A stretch of DNA of 62,927 nucleotides, the filler included, from Collodictyon triciliatum (Eukaryota): assembly GCA_043381765.1 (NCBI GenBank). It is 7 parts of 6 records of this genome, joined end to end, with 100 filler letters (N's around TTAATTAATTAA, not from the genome) between each part and the next. Parts side by side here need not be neighbours in the genome. Positions count along the whole stretch, not along the records: positions 1 to 13,446 come from JBHJMP010001984.1; positions 13,547 to 26,984 come from JBHJMP010001985.1; 5 more parts are not named here. The stretch is one strand, 5' to 3'. The notes below the pieces were generated by a model. It searched no databases. It saw nothing but the letters and a program-made list of their open reading frames with translations, and had not been told where the DNA came from. The position numbers and the translations under genes are program-made. Below are positions 1-13,747 of the stretch, one piece after another; within the stretch, counting starts at the first letter, position 1, and every line of letters begins with the position of its first letter.

Positions 1-110
1 TATGTATGTATGTATGTATGTATGTATGTATGTATGTATGTATGTATGTATGTATGTATGTATGTATGTATGTATGTATGTATGTATGTATGTATGTGTG
101 TATGTATGTA
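1..110. repeat. (TATG)n microsatellite, probably intronic in the UBR gene
   Basis: Direct observation. Confidence 0.97.
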
Positions 111-158
111 TTTGTTGATGATTTAATTTCATCGCCATTTTACTTGTCTAATAAAAAG

Positions 159-2071
<1,913 letters not shown>

Positions 2072-2639
2072 ATCTTGCTCCCATTGATGAATAAAACTTC
2101 GTGGACACATTAAAAGAAAGGATAAAAAAATAATTCATAGATATGATTGACATTCGATTCGAAGACAACCTCACTACATCACATATATATGAATGTGAAC
2201 GCCAAGGTAGGCGGCAATCGACAGGTCTTGAAACATCTAGATAACTTGTTTGGTGAGCCCTGGATAGCCCAAATTACATTATCAATATTAGATCTTGTAT
2301 TTGCTAAGTTTTTTATATTACATTTAGTCAAAACAAGTCTCTATTTGAGATAATCAGCTGACGCGTATATTTTCCACATGAAGACGAAACACACTTTCAC
2401 ATGATCACCTTTGCTGATCGGAATCATCAAAGCCCCGCGCCGCTGCGGACTTTGATTTCAGAGCAGCCGAAAAGAACACAGCACAACCCATCACAACAAA
2501 ACAAACCCAAAACATAAAAGCCTTACAAAGCGCCTCTTATTTGCCGTAGATCAGGAAGGAGGCTGTCGCTCTAGAAGGCTCCCTCGTGCTGCTGTTTGTG
2601 TGTTTGGATTCCTCTTGAAAGAAAAAAAATTCAAGGCGG

Positions 2640-5600
2640 ATGTTTTCGACCGATCATGATGAACAGGAGGCAACAGAGCCTGACGAGATCAACGGCTCCT
2701 CGAACCCGGGTTTGTTTGCTCCTAAGAGGTCTCTTGTATATATATATACGGGCATGATTAATCACTAGAATCATTTGGAAATACAAAGATGCCTATGGGA
2801 TGATCCCTTCCATTCATTTGCAAGCGTATATAGATCCCACAAAGAATTCCCTCTCTCCAACCATACCCTCTGTTCAATCAATACATTCCCCATAGCAAGT
2901 TCCTTCCAAGTTTCCCCCATTATCTTTCCTCTCAGAAAATGTCGAATTCATATTTTTATTTGATTTTGAACTCTTTTAATGCGGTTTCCTCTCAACTGCG
3001 TCAAACCCACAATAGCAGTGTATTCTGACTTCTCGCAGGTTTTTTTTATTTCCATACTTGATACTTCTATCATACTCCTTGGTATATTTATTCTATCTAT
3101 TTTTTTCATCTGAAACCATCCTGAACTAAAATCCGCGATAGTAAGGTCGCTTTGAGATTTTTAACGAGAAAATTACATTCAGAACCCACTACAGCCTCCA
3201 TTCCTTCAAGATACCGTAGATGTATGATTCAAATCGATCATCTACCATAAAGTATTCAAGACGTTCATTTACTAAAAATAACTAGTCACTCTTAAAAAAA
3301 ACACCCAATTATATCTTTTCTTCACTATTTTTTACATGAAGGCCTTTAATCGAAAATTGTACTTTATGACTAATATTTCTTTTAGCTTTGCTAACTTAGT
3401 AATTATCACCACTTGAACCCATTCAATTTGAAGCCTCGGGCTCTGCAACTTGATTCAACCACGCACAAAAGACAGAGGCTCGCGCCGTCGCCTCTCTTTC
3501 ATGGCAGCTTCGAATTCGGAACACCGGGATTTTTGGGCAACCTGGAACTCGAAGCGAGCAAACAATCACAGCACCTTGACTACAGCTGCTCTATACAAGG
3601 AAACACATTCACAGATAACTCATCTGCAAGTTCCCCTGCCTTTTTTACTCACGACATTTCCAGAGGCTTTGAAAAGGTGCATGTTTCATGTGTCAATTAT
3701 GTTGACAAGGAACCCTTCCCAGAAGATTCTTTCTTATACACCCCAGCGCGCCTAGTTAGTCATCGTGCTGCTTCTCACATGGTGAGAAGATTATTTCAAT
3801 TTACATTTATGGATTCGACAAATATACTGGTATATAGTCTCTGTAGCGTGAATTTTGTTTTCAGCTATGGTATGATAAAGGGTTTAATTGAAAATAACAC
3901 ATACTACCTCGCAAATATGGTTGATGTGTTTTAAAGAGCGATTATCTTTCAAATGAACTTTAATCAACCACATACTTTATTTTCTAGGATTACACTACTT
4001 GCCACAATTGTGAGTGCAAGGGAAGACCTTGCGGGTCCAATTTGGCAGTTGATTGCTCTTGTGGCCGAAGCCACAGTGGCAGACTATCATTTTCCTACGA
4101 TCAAAATGGCCTACTTAAAGTTACGTCAATACAAAAACTATTGGACAGCCAACTGTCAATCAGACACTGGAGTGATTCATACTTTGAAGATACGTGGATA
4201 TCTGAGTGCTCCTTCAAATGTCGCTGTGGATTAGAATGTCCAAACAGAGTGGTGCAAGGGGGACTCAGGCAAAATCTCCAAATTTTTCGAACCATCGATG
4301 GATGGTATTCGCTTTAAGCATTCGCCTTCATACTTTCTTTAATCGCAAATTATTTGGTCCTCTTCTTCCTCTTTGGTATTTTTTCGCCATAATAAGAATA
4401 TATACATGTATAAAGAATAAGTTAACCTCTTATACTATTCGTTTATATTTCTTACAGAGAGAAAAAAAGAAAAAAGAAGAGACCAAGCATCTTTGCATAT
4501 GATGCAACCATTTCATTCTTTATAGTTGGGGCGTGAAAACTTTGAGTCAAATATGCCAAGGAGAGTTTGTCGTCGAGTACGGTGGTGAGTTGCTTACCGT
4601 CAGAGAAGCTGAAGACAGGATCGAAATTGGGGATGCAAAGTAAGTGAATTTTTTTTTCAATTTCACCCGCATGTTTATCATATCTTTCTATGATACTGTG
4701 GGCTTTTCTCCGCATAAGCAAAGTGAATGAAAAACATCTCGAGTGGTTTTCAATCCCCTCTCTTCTATGAAAGATAGTGTTGAAATATCATTTATATATG
4801 CGTGAATGCTCAAGAGATATGTCGCAACGATAACAGCAACAAAAAATATCAATACAACAGGATTGAATACACCTTTTTTCTTTGGAGAAAGCTAAAAGGA
4901 GGAAAATTCTCTTCTCGGTTTGTTCTGGATTCGACAAAGTATGGAAACGTGTCACGTTTTATTCGGCATTCGGTATGAAATAGAAATGAAGCGATTCACT
5001 TGTTAGTTTGACTATGTACTAAGAGAAGACCCGATGTGTATTCTAGCGATTCGTTTAAAAATTTTTCATTGATGCCTACTATTTCTACATTCACTTTTTT
5101 TTTTTTACATATATCAAGATGCATTTATTTATATTATACATTTGTATACTTGTACAATGATTAAAACGTTTATTGAAATAAAACATTGAAGCTATGATTG
5201 ATAGTACACATCACCTAGGGAAATCCCAATCTCGTCCTCGTCAAAGTTGTTTTCGATGATGCAGAAGTCGATCTTTTTCATGTTGCCTTTTTCGCCGCGC
5301 GGGATATTGAAGCAGGGGAAGAATTACTCCTTTACACGTGAGTTATGTGATTCTCTCGTGTTACCAGATATGTATAAAATTAAAATCATCCTTGTTATAT
5401 GTTCTATCAAAATTTTGTACCTTCTGGATTCACTTTCGTTAAGAAACCTCCATTATTGATTGGTTTTCATTTCTAAAGAGGGCATACAGAATCTAAATCA
5501 CTTTCAAACACTGCAACATTTGACCCGACTCCGCACGGACTTCAAAACGTGAGTAAATCAAAACTAAGCGACACAATTAGAAAACATAGCCAGGGCTCCG

Positions 5601-6762
5601 AATCGGCAGACTCTCACGAACAAACAGTACGCGTAAGTAGTAGCTGATGCACATGTTTCATCTAAACCACAGTTTATCCAATTATTTCTCATTCTTTACC
5701 ACTTCCCCGTCCACCATAGCTACTTCTATAAGTTTTTTCCCCATTCAATTTCCACCACTCCTCATTTACTCAATTATTCGTCCATTCAGGACCTTCTAAT
5801 CTCTATGACTGATTCCCAAATGACCAATTGTGCATCATTTGCATTATCTGTGATATTAATCATATTACTCGTAGGCTATCGATGTCTCTGAAAATACACG
5901 TCCTCTCTCGGGTTTCCATTTCGACTGACATATATTTTCCAGTTCTTTCGACTATTCCTGTTTTCTTCCCGACTTTTTTCTCCTTGATGAATAGATCCGC
6001 ATATTTATGTCTAAATAATTGACAGAACAATCGTTCTTCACGTCGACAACTCAAGATATCGCGCAAGGCATGAAATTCTGAAAAAAAAAAGTTGCCCTGC
6101 AATTCCGACCATTTGTTGCTGAGTTATTAATTTTTTTCTTTTACTTGATTTAAGGCATCTACGCTTCTCGGGACCATTTCTTCACTGAGCTTGCTGAGTT
6201 TTTGAAAAAGAAGGACAAGGTCATAAAGAGTACTAGAATTGCAGGAAAGCAAGTAGATCTCTTCATTTTTTATCATGAAGTTATAGCACGCGGAGGACTT
6301 CAAGAGGTCTTGCTCCGTTCCATCATATACATCTATCCTTTTTCATGCACATAAAATATCCCTACAAATGCATATATAAGGACAATTTTTTTCCTGCGTC
6401 CATGATGGGATGTGATAAAGCACTCATCATTTTACGAACCAGTTTTATTATGAGCTGACTTGATGTTCATACTTTTGAATGTATTTATGAATTCCCCATG
6501 TACCTATCTGCTACACGCAACTCAGGTGATTAGTAGTAGAAAATGGAAAGAGATTTCGAAGGCACTTGCCATTCCAGTGACGGCAACGAGCGCAGCGTCC
6601 GAGCTCCGCAGAAACTACGCAAATTACCTGTATGAGTTTGAGCAATGGATGATATTTGGGAATCCAAATCCACCCGAGATTTCATGCAACAAACATTACA
6701 ACAAAGAGCACGCCCACCCACACGCACTTGGGCACCATCAGCACGAACGAAGTGCGACGTAA
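2640..6762 (+). CDS. Pre-SET/SET (SUV39/G9a-like) plus C-terminal ARID protein, multi-exon; SET motifs degenerate; 5' exons uncertain
   Basis: [18 protein letters not shown], pre-SET cysteines ([31 protein letters not shown]), [42 protein letters not shown]. Phase-compatible linker exons lead to ARID exons 6155-6306 and 6526-6762 ([47 protein letters not shown]). Confidence 0.85.
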
Positions 6763-7589
6763 GAACACAAAAATGCCTAATTTTTCTTTCATGTTATGCA
6801 CTTTTCTTTTTCTTTTTCTTTTTCTTTTTTTTTCATTTTCATTTTCATTTTCATTTTCATTTTCATTTTCATTTTCTTGCCCAAGAAAAAAAGCAAGAGC
6901 AGGAAAGAAATCTTAATATGACACCCATTTTGCACTCTTTTGATTCTTTGGAGCATTTTTTTCTAGTAGAGATGCTTTTTCTTATTATGTGTGCTCGTTC
7001 CTCCATCTATATGCTTTCGGTGCGTGTAATCCACTTGACTGATTCTTGCTTTCGTACGCGCCAGAGCCGACAAATACCACGTTGTCTTTGGGAATTCAAG
7101 CACAGAATAGAAAACAGTAGGGGAAATCAAACAAGAAAAAAATGCAAAGGCACAAAGATGAGGATTCATGGCCAATCCGCCCGCCTTTGCATCGTGGCGA
7201 TATAAACCTGAACAACACAGGGATTTGTGCAGAGAAAACAAACGGCGCAATCATGATGATGCCACCCCTTATGTGGAACAATAGCGTTTGCGCCGTCCAT
7301 TCGAACCTTTATCCTTTAAAGAACCGGCTGCTTTTCTGTCAATCGATGCGAGGCGATGATGTGTCTGTGTTGTGGGCGATCGGAAATGCACCCAAGGAAA
7401 CACAAAACCCGTCAAAAGACACACCCAAGTTGAAGATCGAGCTTCGTGACTTTGAAACTAAATGAAAGCAACGAGGAACTCTTCACAAGCCAGAGCTGGT
7501 GGTGGGCTTGAATGTCATCCAGCTCTTCGTCTTGGTGAGGCGTACCCCGCTTCGTTTCCTTGGTTTTTGTTTTGTTTTGTTTTGTTTTG

Positions 7590-7620
<31 letters not shown>

Positions 7621-7719
7621 CTCCGTCGGTTCGCTTCTTTCCTCTCGGCTGTCCTCTGCCAAGACACCGAACCGCAGGGAAAGACTGATTTCGATTTTTG
7701 TTCGACAGTTTGTGCCAGC

Positions 7720-9671
7720 ATGAGGCTTCCCTCCGTCACAGAGTTTATTCCAGAGTTATTGGACGAGCGCCTGGCTATTGCTTGCGCGACCGCTTCTATA
7801 CTGCTCCATGTGGTTAACTATAACCTAACAGCCCATATAGAGCATAATACCCGCATTTTCACAAAGGTTCGAACATGTCACACGCCATTTTTCCCGACTG
7901 AAGTTCAAAATATTACTTGACAATTATTTTTCTGTGAGGCCGAAAGAAAAAGAAAACAGCTCATTTCCATTGACTCTGGTTCTGTCGAAGGAGCACCTTA
8001 AGACTCTAACCTCCAGAATAACATTTGTTAACCTAGTAATTTGCTAGTCATAATCGGTGGTCTAATGAATGTTTTGATACCAACCATTAGATACTTGGCA
8101 AAAATGCAGTATACTTCTATGCGGTATACCTCGTCCTTAGTGCCCTTGTGCGAGATGCATTAATCGAAGCAGCCATCAATGCAGATTCCCAAAAGGTACG
8201 ATGACCGCTTACATCCAAGTAGTTATAAGTTCAATAGAATAGTCAATTATCATATTTTTTTCTCAGCGAAATGTTTAATCCTATATTGTACACAGACGAG
8301 TTCGAAATTAAAAAGAAAAAAGAAAAAAGAAAAAAGAAAAAAGAAAAAAAGAAAAAAAGAAAAAAAGAAAAAAAGAAAAAAAGAAAAAAAGAAAAAAAGA
8401 AAAAAAGAAAGCCAGATTAAAGCTTAAAAACCAAATTGTTCCTCCAAACAAGGTTTCTCTCTTGGAAAAAGAGGTGGCCAGTCTTGTTGGATCTACTCTG
8501 CTGGGGGTGGGTGTTATTCTGAACTTGTGGACACTCCAAGCACTTGGCATCAAAGGGATGTACAACGGAGTACGAATTATCTTTACAATTATTATGCATA
8601 TTAAACTCTGATGAAAAAATTAATACATGTGAAAAAAAGGTGAAATCAAAACCAATATCTTAACAAGCTTGAAAAATGTATACGGTCATTTATTTATTTA
8701 TCTAAATTATTAGAAACATTATGTAATTGTATTTTTCCCAACCTAATTTCTATAATAAATAGGATTCATTTGGGCACTTGATGGAGGCGCCAGGTTCTAA
8801 TCACATATCCTACCCATATTCAATTCATAAAAGGCCAATTTACATATCATCAAATCACAAGAGGGTAGAGATAAAGAAGCATGGCAGAAACGTCATATGA
8901 AGCCAAATACCCATAATATGAGAACTAGAAATACCTAATTTTCGGTCTTATCACCAGTGACTGGTGGCCCCTACCGATACTTAAATGATCCCCAATATGT
9001 CGGAACCTTTATCTGTTTCATCGGACTTGCAATTAGCTCACAATCCCCGGTTGGCATCGGTTTGTAATAATCTTTAGTTGATAGGTTCTATGCTTTGGAT
9101 TATTATTTGAAGAAATATATGTTAGGAAAATATACATTGAGGTTTACAATTCTCGCACTTAATCTCGCTCTTTTCGCTTACAATATGACCACGTTTCTCC
9201 TTGATTTTTTCTTTCTGAAAGTGGCATTTTTTTGACTAAAATAAAAAAATCAAAAAAAATGTAAAAGGAAACAACACAAAATCATCCCAACACACTTTTA
9301 TAGCTTTATCCTTGTATGTCGGATTCGTATTCTACGTCTCTGCTGTCTTCGTCGAGGTCTGGTTATGTTGACCATGTTTTTTCTTCGAACTTCATTTAAA
9401 ACAAAAACAAAAAATTAACACCAGATACACTATGAAGAAGTCGCACATATCGATAGTCTATTTTAATATCTGATACCCCGTCATATTATGAAAGTCGTGG
9501 TTCTATGTTATGCTTTATATCCATGCTACATTTTCATAGTTTTTTTCTCGTGCTCATATTTCTACGAATTATTGGTGCGGTGATAACCGTTCTCTCTCAC
9601 ACATTAACACATAGACACCGCACATGAACAAGATTTACGCTGCCAAGAACTCTAAGGAGAAGAGGAAATAA
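7720..9671 (+). CDS. PEMT: Phospholipid (phosphatidylethanolamine/N-methylethanolamine) N-methyltransferase, PEMT/OPI3 family, 7 exons
   Basis: Not visible as one ORF. Splicing gives AHIEHNTRIFTK|ILG..ALGIKGMYNG|DSFGHLMEAP|VTGGPYRYLNDPQYVGTFICFIGLA..VE|TPHMNKIY, matching PEMT/Opi3 (ALGxxGxYxGD, VTGFPFxxxxNPMY, EEPFTxxIY). Confidence 0.88.
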
Positions 9672-11263
9672 ATGAGCCGCCTCATCGAGATGTTGGGCCT
9701 TGGAAAAAATAATTATGCACGTTGAATATCCGCACACTTTATTGTTTTCTTTCGTTGGAGGCGTCTGGGTGATAGGGGTGTGCGGAAAGGAAAGAAAGGT
9801 GCTTCTGTGGTGGGAACTGGTGGAGGAAGAAGCGCACCACGATTGGATACACGAGACCCGCAAGCTCCACCCTCAGTCGAGTATCCAGAAATAGTATTTA
9901 TGCAGTCCAACGCTGTCTTGATAGACCTACAACGCGTTTCCATGGCCTCGCGGTGGGACCAGTGTCAGCCTACATAGGGATAATGTGACGCCATTCTTCT
10001 GGGTATGGCCATTGGGTACAAGCTATTGCGTTCTTGTTGTGTGTCGTCTGGCTCAAAGCAGGTATCAGCTTGTATCGCTAGGTATGCAGGCAGCTTCACT
10101 TTACCATGTTTTAAAGACTCGCGTCCAGAATTGTATAATACCTACGTACCGAGAAAACGGCACATCCGCAAAAGGAAAAGGCTGCCCCACTAAAGACCAA
10201 TGAGGCTTTGTGCAAGTGCGTCACCAAACAAACGAGAAAAAAAAATCGAAAAGCCTTATTTATTTCGAGGAAAATGGGGTGTTTTTCCTTTTTGTTTTGT
10301 TTGAACCAAACCGACAAGCAATGCCTTTGTCTTTTCAATATGCTTGACTGAATTTCTGAAGGGATAGGGTTTCAATGGAAAGAATTAAAAAAACCAAGGG
10401 AATTGCGAAAAGCGTTGTGCAAAACGCCAAGAAAAATGCGTTCTGAATACGGGGATGACTTTCATTGAAGAGTGCTGAACACAGTCCAAAAAAAGATGCA
10501 AAACAAATAACCATTATGGAACAATTCATCGCAAACGGTATTTGAATTTATGAAATTTCATTACATTCCGCCGAAACCGAAACAAAAGAACCAAAGATGT
10601 CGTGAAAAGCACTCATACAGGTCAAATGACATCCGAACAACCAACAACACAACACAACACAACATAACAACAACAACAATGTTAATGCTTTGCAGCCACA
10701 TCGCCGGTGACGCACAGTCCACAATCCGCCGCTTTCGCGCCATTTCCTGTCGGGACGGAATCGCACGCACCCGGCGCATTGGAAAAAAACCCCACACAAT
10801 CTTTGAAGCAACGCAATCCCCAGCAAAACACAGCCTTCTTTTTCATATTAAAATTCGAATCCCAAAAGTCCCAACAACTATATAAAAATCAAAATCCCCG
10901 TCCCAAAAGAACCGACAAGAACCGACAAGAAAACCTGAAGGAACCAAGAGAAAATCAAAAGGAAAGAGAAACCACTGCCCAGGCCGGCCGCCGCCATAGA
11001 AACAAACCAAATCCGCACAGGGTATTTATGTCCCGCTCGCGCTTTCTCTCTTCTCCTAGCGAAAACGAGCTATTCTCCCGCAAATCATTCAGAATCCTGG
11101 GACGCACGGCTCGGTGCTCTCATATCCATGACCAAATGCTGCCCGTCAAAGCACACAGCACAAAAAATGCAAAACACTCCAGACTCAAAATACAAGGCAC
11201 TCTCTCACGATCGATCCTTCCTTCCATCTGCTCGCAAGTCCAGACACGCAAAGACCAACACAG

Positions 11264-12489
11264 ATGAAGTCCAAAATCTCTGCCGACACATCCTCCGAGG
11301 CAGCTTGCGGCAAACGCTCGGTGAAGCCCCGACACGCCCTGCACGGTATTGCAAAAACAAAAAACAAAAAACAAAAAACAAAAAACAAAAAACAAAAAAC
11401 AAAAAACAAAAAACAAAAAACAAAAAACAAAAANAAAAACAAAAAACAAAAAACAAAAAACAAAAAACAAAAAACAAAAAAACAAAAAACAAAAAACAAA
11501 AAACAAAAAACAAAAAACAAAAAACAAAAAACATAAAGGAGTACACTTGACCACGAATACCACTTCATTAATTGGACGCTAAAAAACGCCTCGCCATCAT
11601 GAACGCACCAGGTATCCCATGGTCAGAAGAGGAGCACCAGCGCTTCCTACTGGGACTGCGGCACTACGGCCGAGGTGAATGGCGCCTCATCGCAAAGCAC
11701 TACATAAAGACTCGCAGCCCAGGCCAGGTCGCCAGTCACGCACAAAAGTACTTCAAGCGCATCGAGCCCTGTGCAGACCCTGACGCGCTGGCCAAACGCA
11801 GATGGTCTATCCACGACATGGTTGGTTGCTGCCATTCACCTGTCATCCCCCTGTACTCAGCAACCTGTCATCCCTCGCTACTCAGCAACCTGTCATCCCT
11901 CGCTACTCAGCAACCTGTCACTCAGCAACCTGCCAACCATTGCACACAGGAACTGCGAACCGCCTCCGGCCTGCAAGCAGAGAGTCCAGCCTGCTGGCCC
12001 GTCCTATCGCGTCCGCGAGATGAGACCGACATTCGCAACGCAACGGCCACCGCAGCCATGGCGATGGCGGCCCTGAACGACGAGTCATTTGCCGGGCCCA
12101 AAGCAAAGAATGCACGGGTCGCACAGCGAGAGAATCGGTTGCCTTCGTCCAAATCCCCTCCGTCTGCGTCGCCCGCACTTTCGTCTTCGTCTTTATCCTC
12201 GTCTTCATCTTCATCTTCATCGCCATCTTTGTCCGCCTCTGCAACAGCAACAGACGCGCAGACGCACAGCAGCAGCCCGGGCGATGCAGCCGCGTCAGAG
12301 GAATGGATGCGCGCTCTGCCCTCCTTCTGCGTCCGCACTCCCGCACACACGTACTCGTTTGTCCTGCCCGCCCCAAACATCCCCGCCCACTCGGCAGCTG
12401 ACACGCCGTCGCCCTCCCATACGCCGACCCTCACGTCAGGACTCTCGCCATTCCCCGTCTCTCTGCCCCTGCAAAGGCCTGCGCACTGA
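11264..12489 (+). CDS. SHAQKYF-class single-repeat Myb transcription factor
   Basis: Exon 11264-11345 joins 11612 in phase 1: GIPWSEEEHQRFLLGLRHYGRGEWRLIAKHYIKTRSPGQVASHAQKYF..RRWSIHDM, then a Ser/Pro-rich tail. Probable second, in-frame intron at 11821-11949. Confidence 0.92.
11353..11533. repeat. (AAAAAAC/AAAAAC)n tract in Myb intron 1
   Basis: Direct observation. Confidence 0.95.
11856..11934 (+). repeat. 25-nt minisatellite CTCAGCAACCTGTCATCCCTCGCTA (2 full + 2 partial copies)
   Basis: Copies start at 11856, 11881, 11906 and 11921. Confidence 0.9.
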
Positions 12490-13179
12490 ACCGTTTCATT
12501 CCACTTTATTCCATCCGTCCATCCGTCCATCCATCTATCCTATCCCATTCTATTTTCCTCGCCTCTCCCTGGCGACTCTGCTGTCTCTGTAAAACTCGGT
12601 TCCGCACCCTCAACCCTGCAGACAAAGGCCCTGTCATCCTCGCAGTCACAATCCCACCAGCCTGGCAAACATGCATATGCACACGCAAGCAATACCCAGC
12701 AAATAGTGCAGGCAAACAGCCCGTATGTTAATTTCGCTAGAAGTGTCCTCGGGGGCAAATAAATCTAGACGCACCCAACCCACCATATGCCTCCTCTTAC
12801 TTTTCACTCTTGCCCACGCAGGTTCTGAGATTGCAAGCACAACCTCCCCCTTTTTTTTCTGTTCTTTTTTTTTTCTCCATCAATTTCCATGCGGTAATGC
12901 ACACGCGCCCCCACTCGCCTGTCACGCCTTCATGGCGTGATTCATCACATGACGTCACACTATTTCTTGCATGAGGTTGCACGTAACTAAGTTGCTGACC
13001 GCGTGGCCGAATTCATAGACTCATGTTTTTGGGAAGTGATTGACTCCCTTTTCTCCCAACAAACCCGGAAGCATTTCTTTCCCGCTGACTGATACGGCCG
13101 CGCGCTCCTTGTCAAGAAAGTTGTGTCCATAATCCCGTGCCCCATTTCCTTTTCGTCCTTTATGATATCAAACATGAGC

Positions 13180-13365
13180 CTATCGGCGTTGGTATGAGGC
13201 TGAGTGCGCACCAGAAGGCGTTGGTTGATAGTTGGCAGACGATGTCATCAAGCGATATTGCTGCGGGCCCTTCTTTAATATGTACCCTTCATTGTTCAGG
13301 TTCTCCAAAAACTGCTCAAAATCTGGGATCGGTAGATGCATCGACTCAGCAACCATCCGGAGCTC
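13180..13365 (-). CDS. MCM8: MCM8 helicase, terminal exon (winged-helix tail); rest beyond contig end
   Basis: After a TTGCAG acceptor: ELRMVAESMHLPIPDFEQFLENLNNEGYILKKGPQQYRL, matching the MCM8 C-terminus (QLRQIA..DFENFIGSLNDQGYLLKKGPKVYQL). Confidence 0.85.
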   Translation of the reverse strand, partial: ELRMVAESMHLPIPDFEQFLENLNNEGYILKKGPQQYRLMTSSANYQPTPSGAHSASYQRR

Positions 13366-13369
13366 CTGC

Positions 13370-13446
<77 letters not shown>

Positions 13447-13546
13447 NNNNNNNNNNNNNNNNNNNNNNNNNNNNNNNNNNNNNNNNNNNNTTAATTAATT
13501 AANNNNNNNNNNNNNNNNNNNNNNNNNNNNNNNNNNNNNNNNNNNN
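13447..13546. other. Artificial contig spacer N44-TTAATTAATTAA-N44 (also 26985-27084, 40525-40624, 54053-54152, 57738-57837, 61382-61481)
   Basis: Identical 100-nt structure with a six-frame stop palindrome occurs six times; genes break off at these points. Confidence 0.99.
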
Positions 13547-13747
13547 AAAAACAATAAAAAACAATAAAAACAATAAAAAACAATAAAAAACAATAAAAAA
13601 CAATAAAAAACAATAAAAAACAATAAAAAACAATAAAAAACAATAAAAAAAAACAATAAAAAACAATAAAAAACAATAAAAAACAATAAAAAAAACAATA
13701 AAAAAAAACAATAAAAACAATAAAAAAACTATGAGAAGGGCACAGCC

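Noticed and set aside
2425-2456. Imperfect hairpin ATCAAAG-CCCCGC..GCGG-A-CTTTGAT upstream of the SET gene
   Set aside because: Short, single occurrence, no RNA family recognised.
9700-10200. Overlapping short ORFs downstream of PEMT
   Set aside because: Stops in all frames, no splice-consistent model, no motif.
11856-11934. CRISPR-like direct repeats
   Set aside because: Head-to-tail with no spacers, in a eukaryotic gene.
13491-13502. Palindrome TTAATTAATTAA repeated six times
   Set aside because: Always centred in 44+44 N: a synthetic concatenation linker, not a biological repeat.
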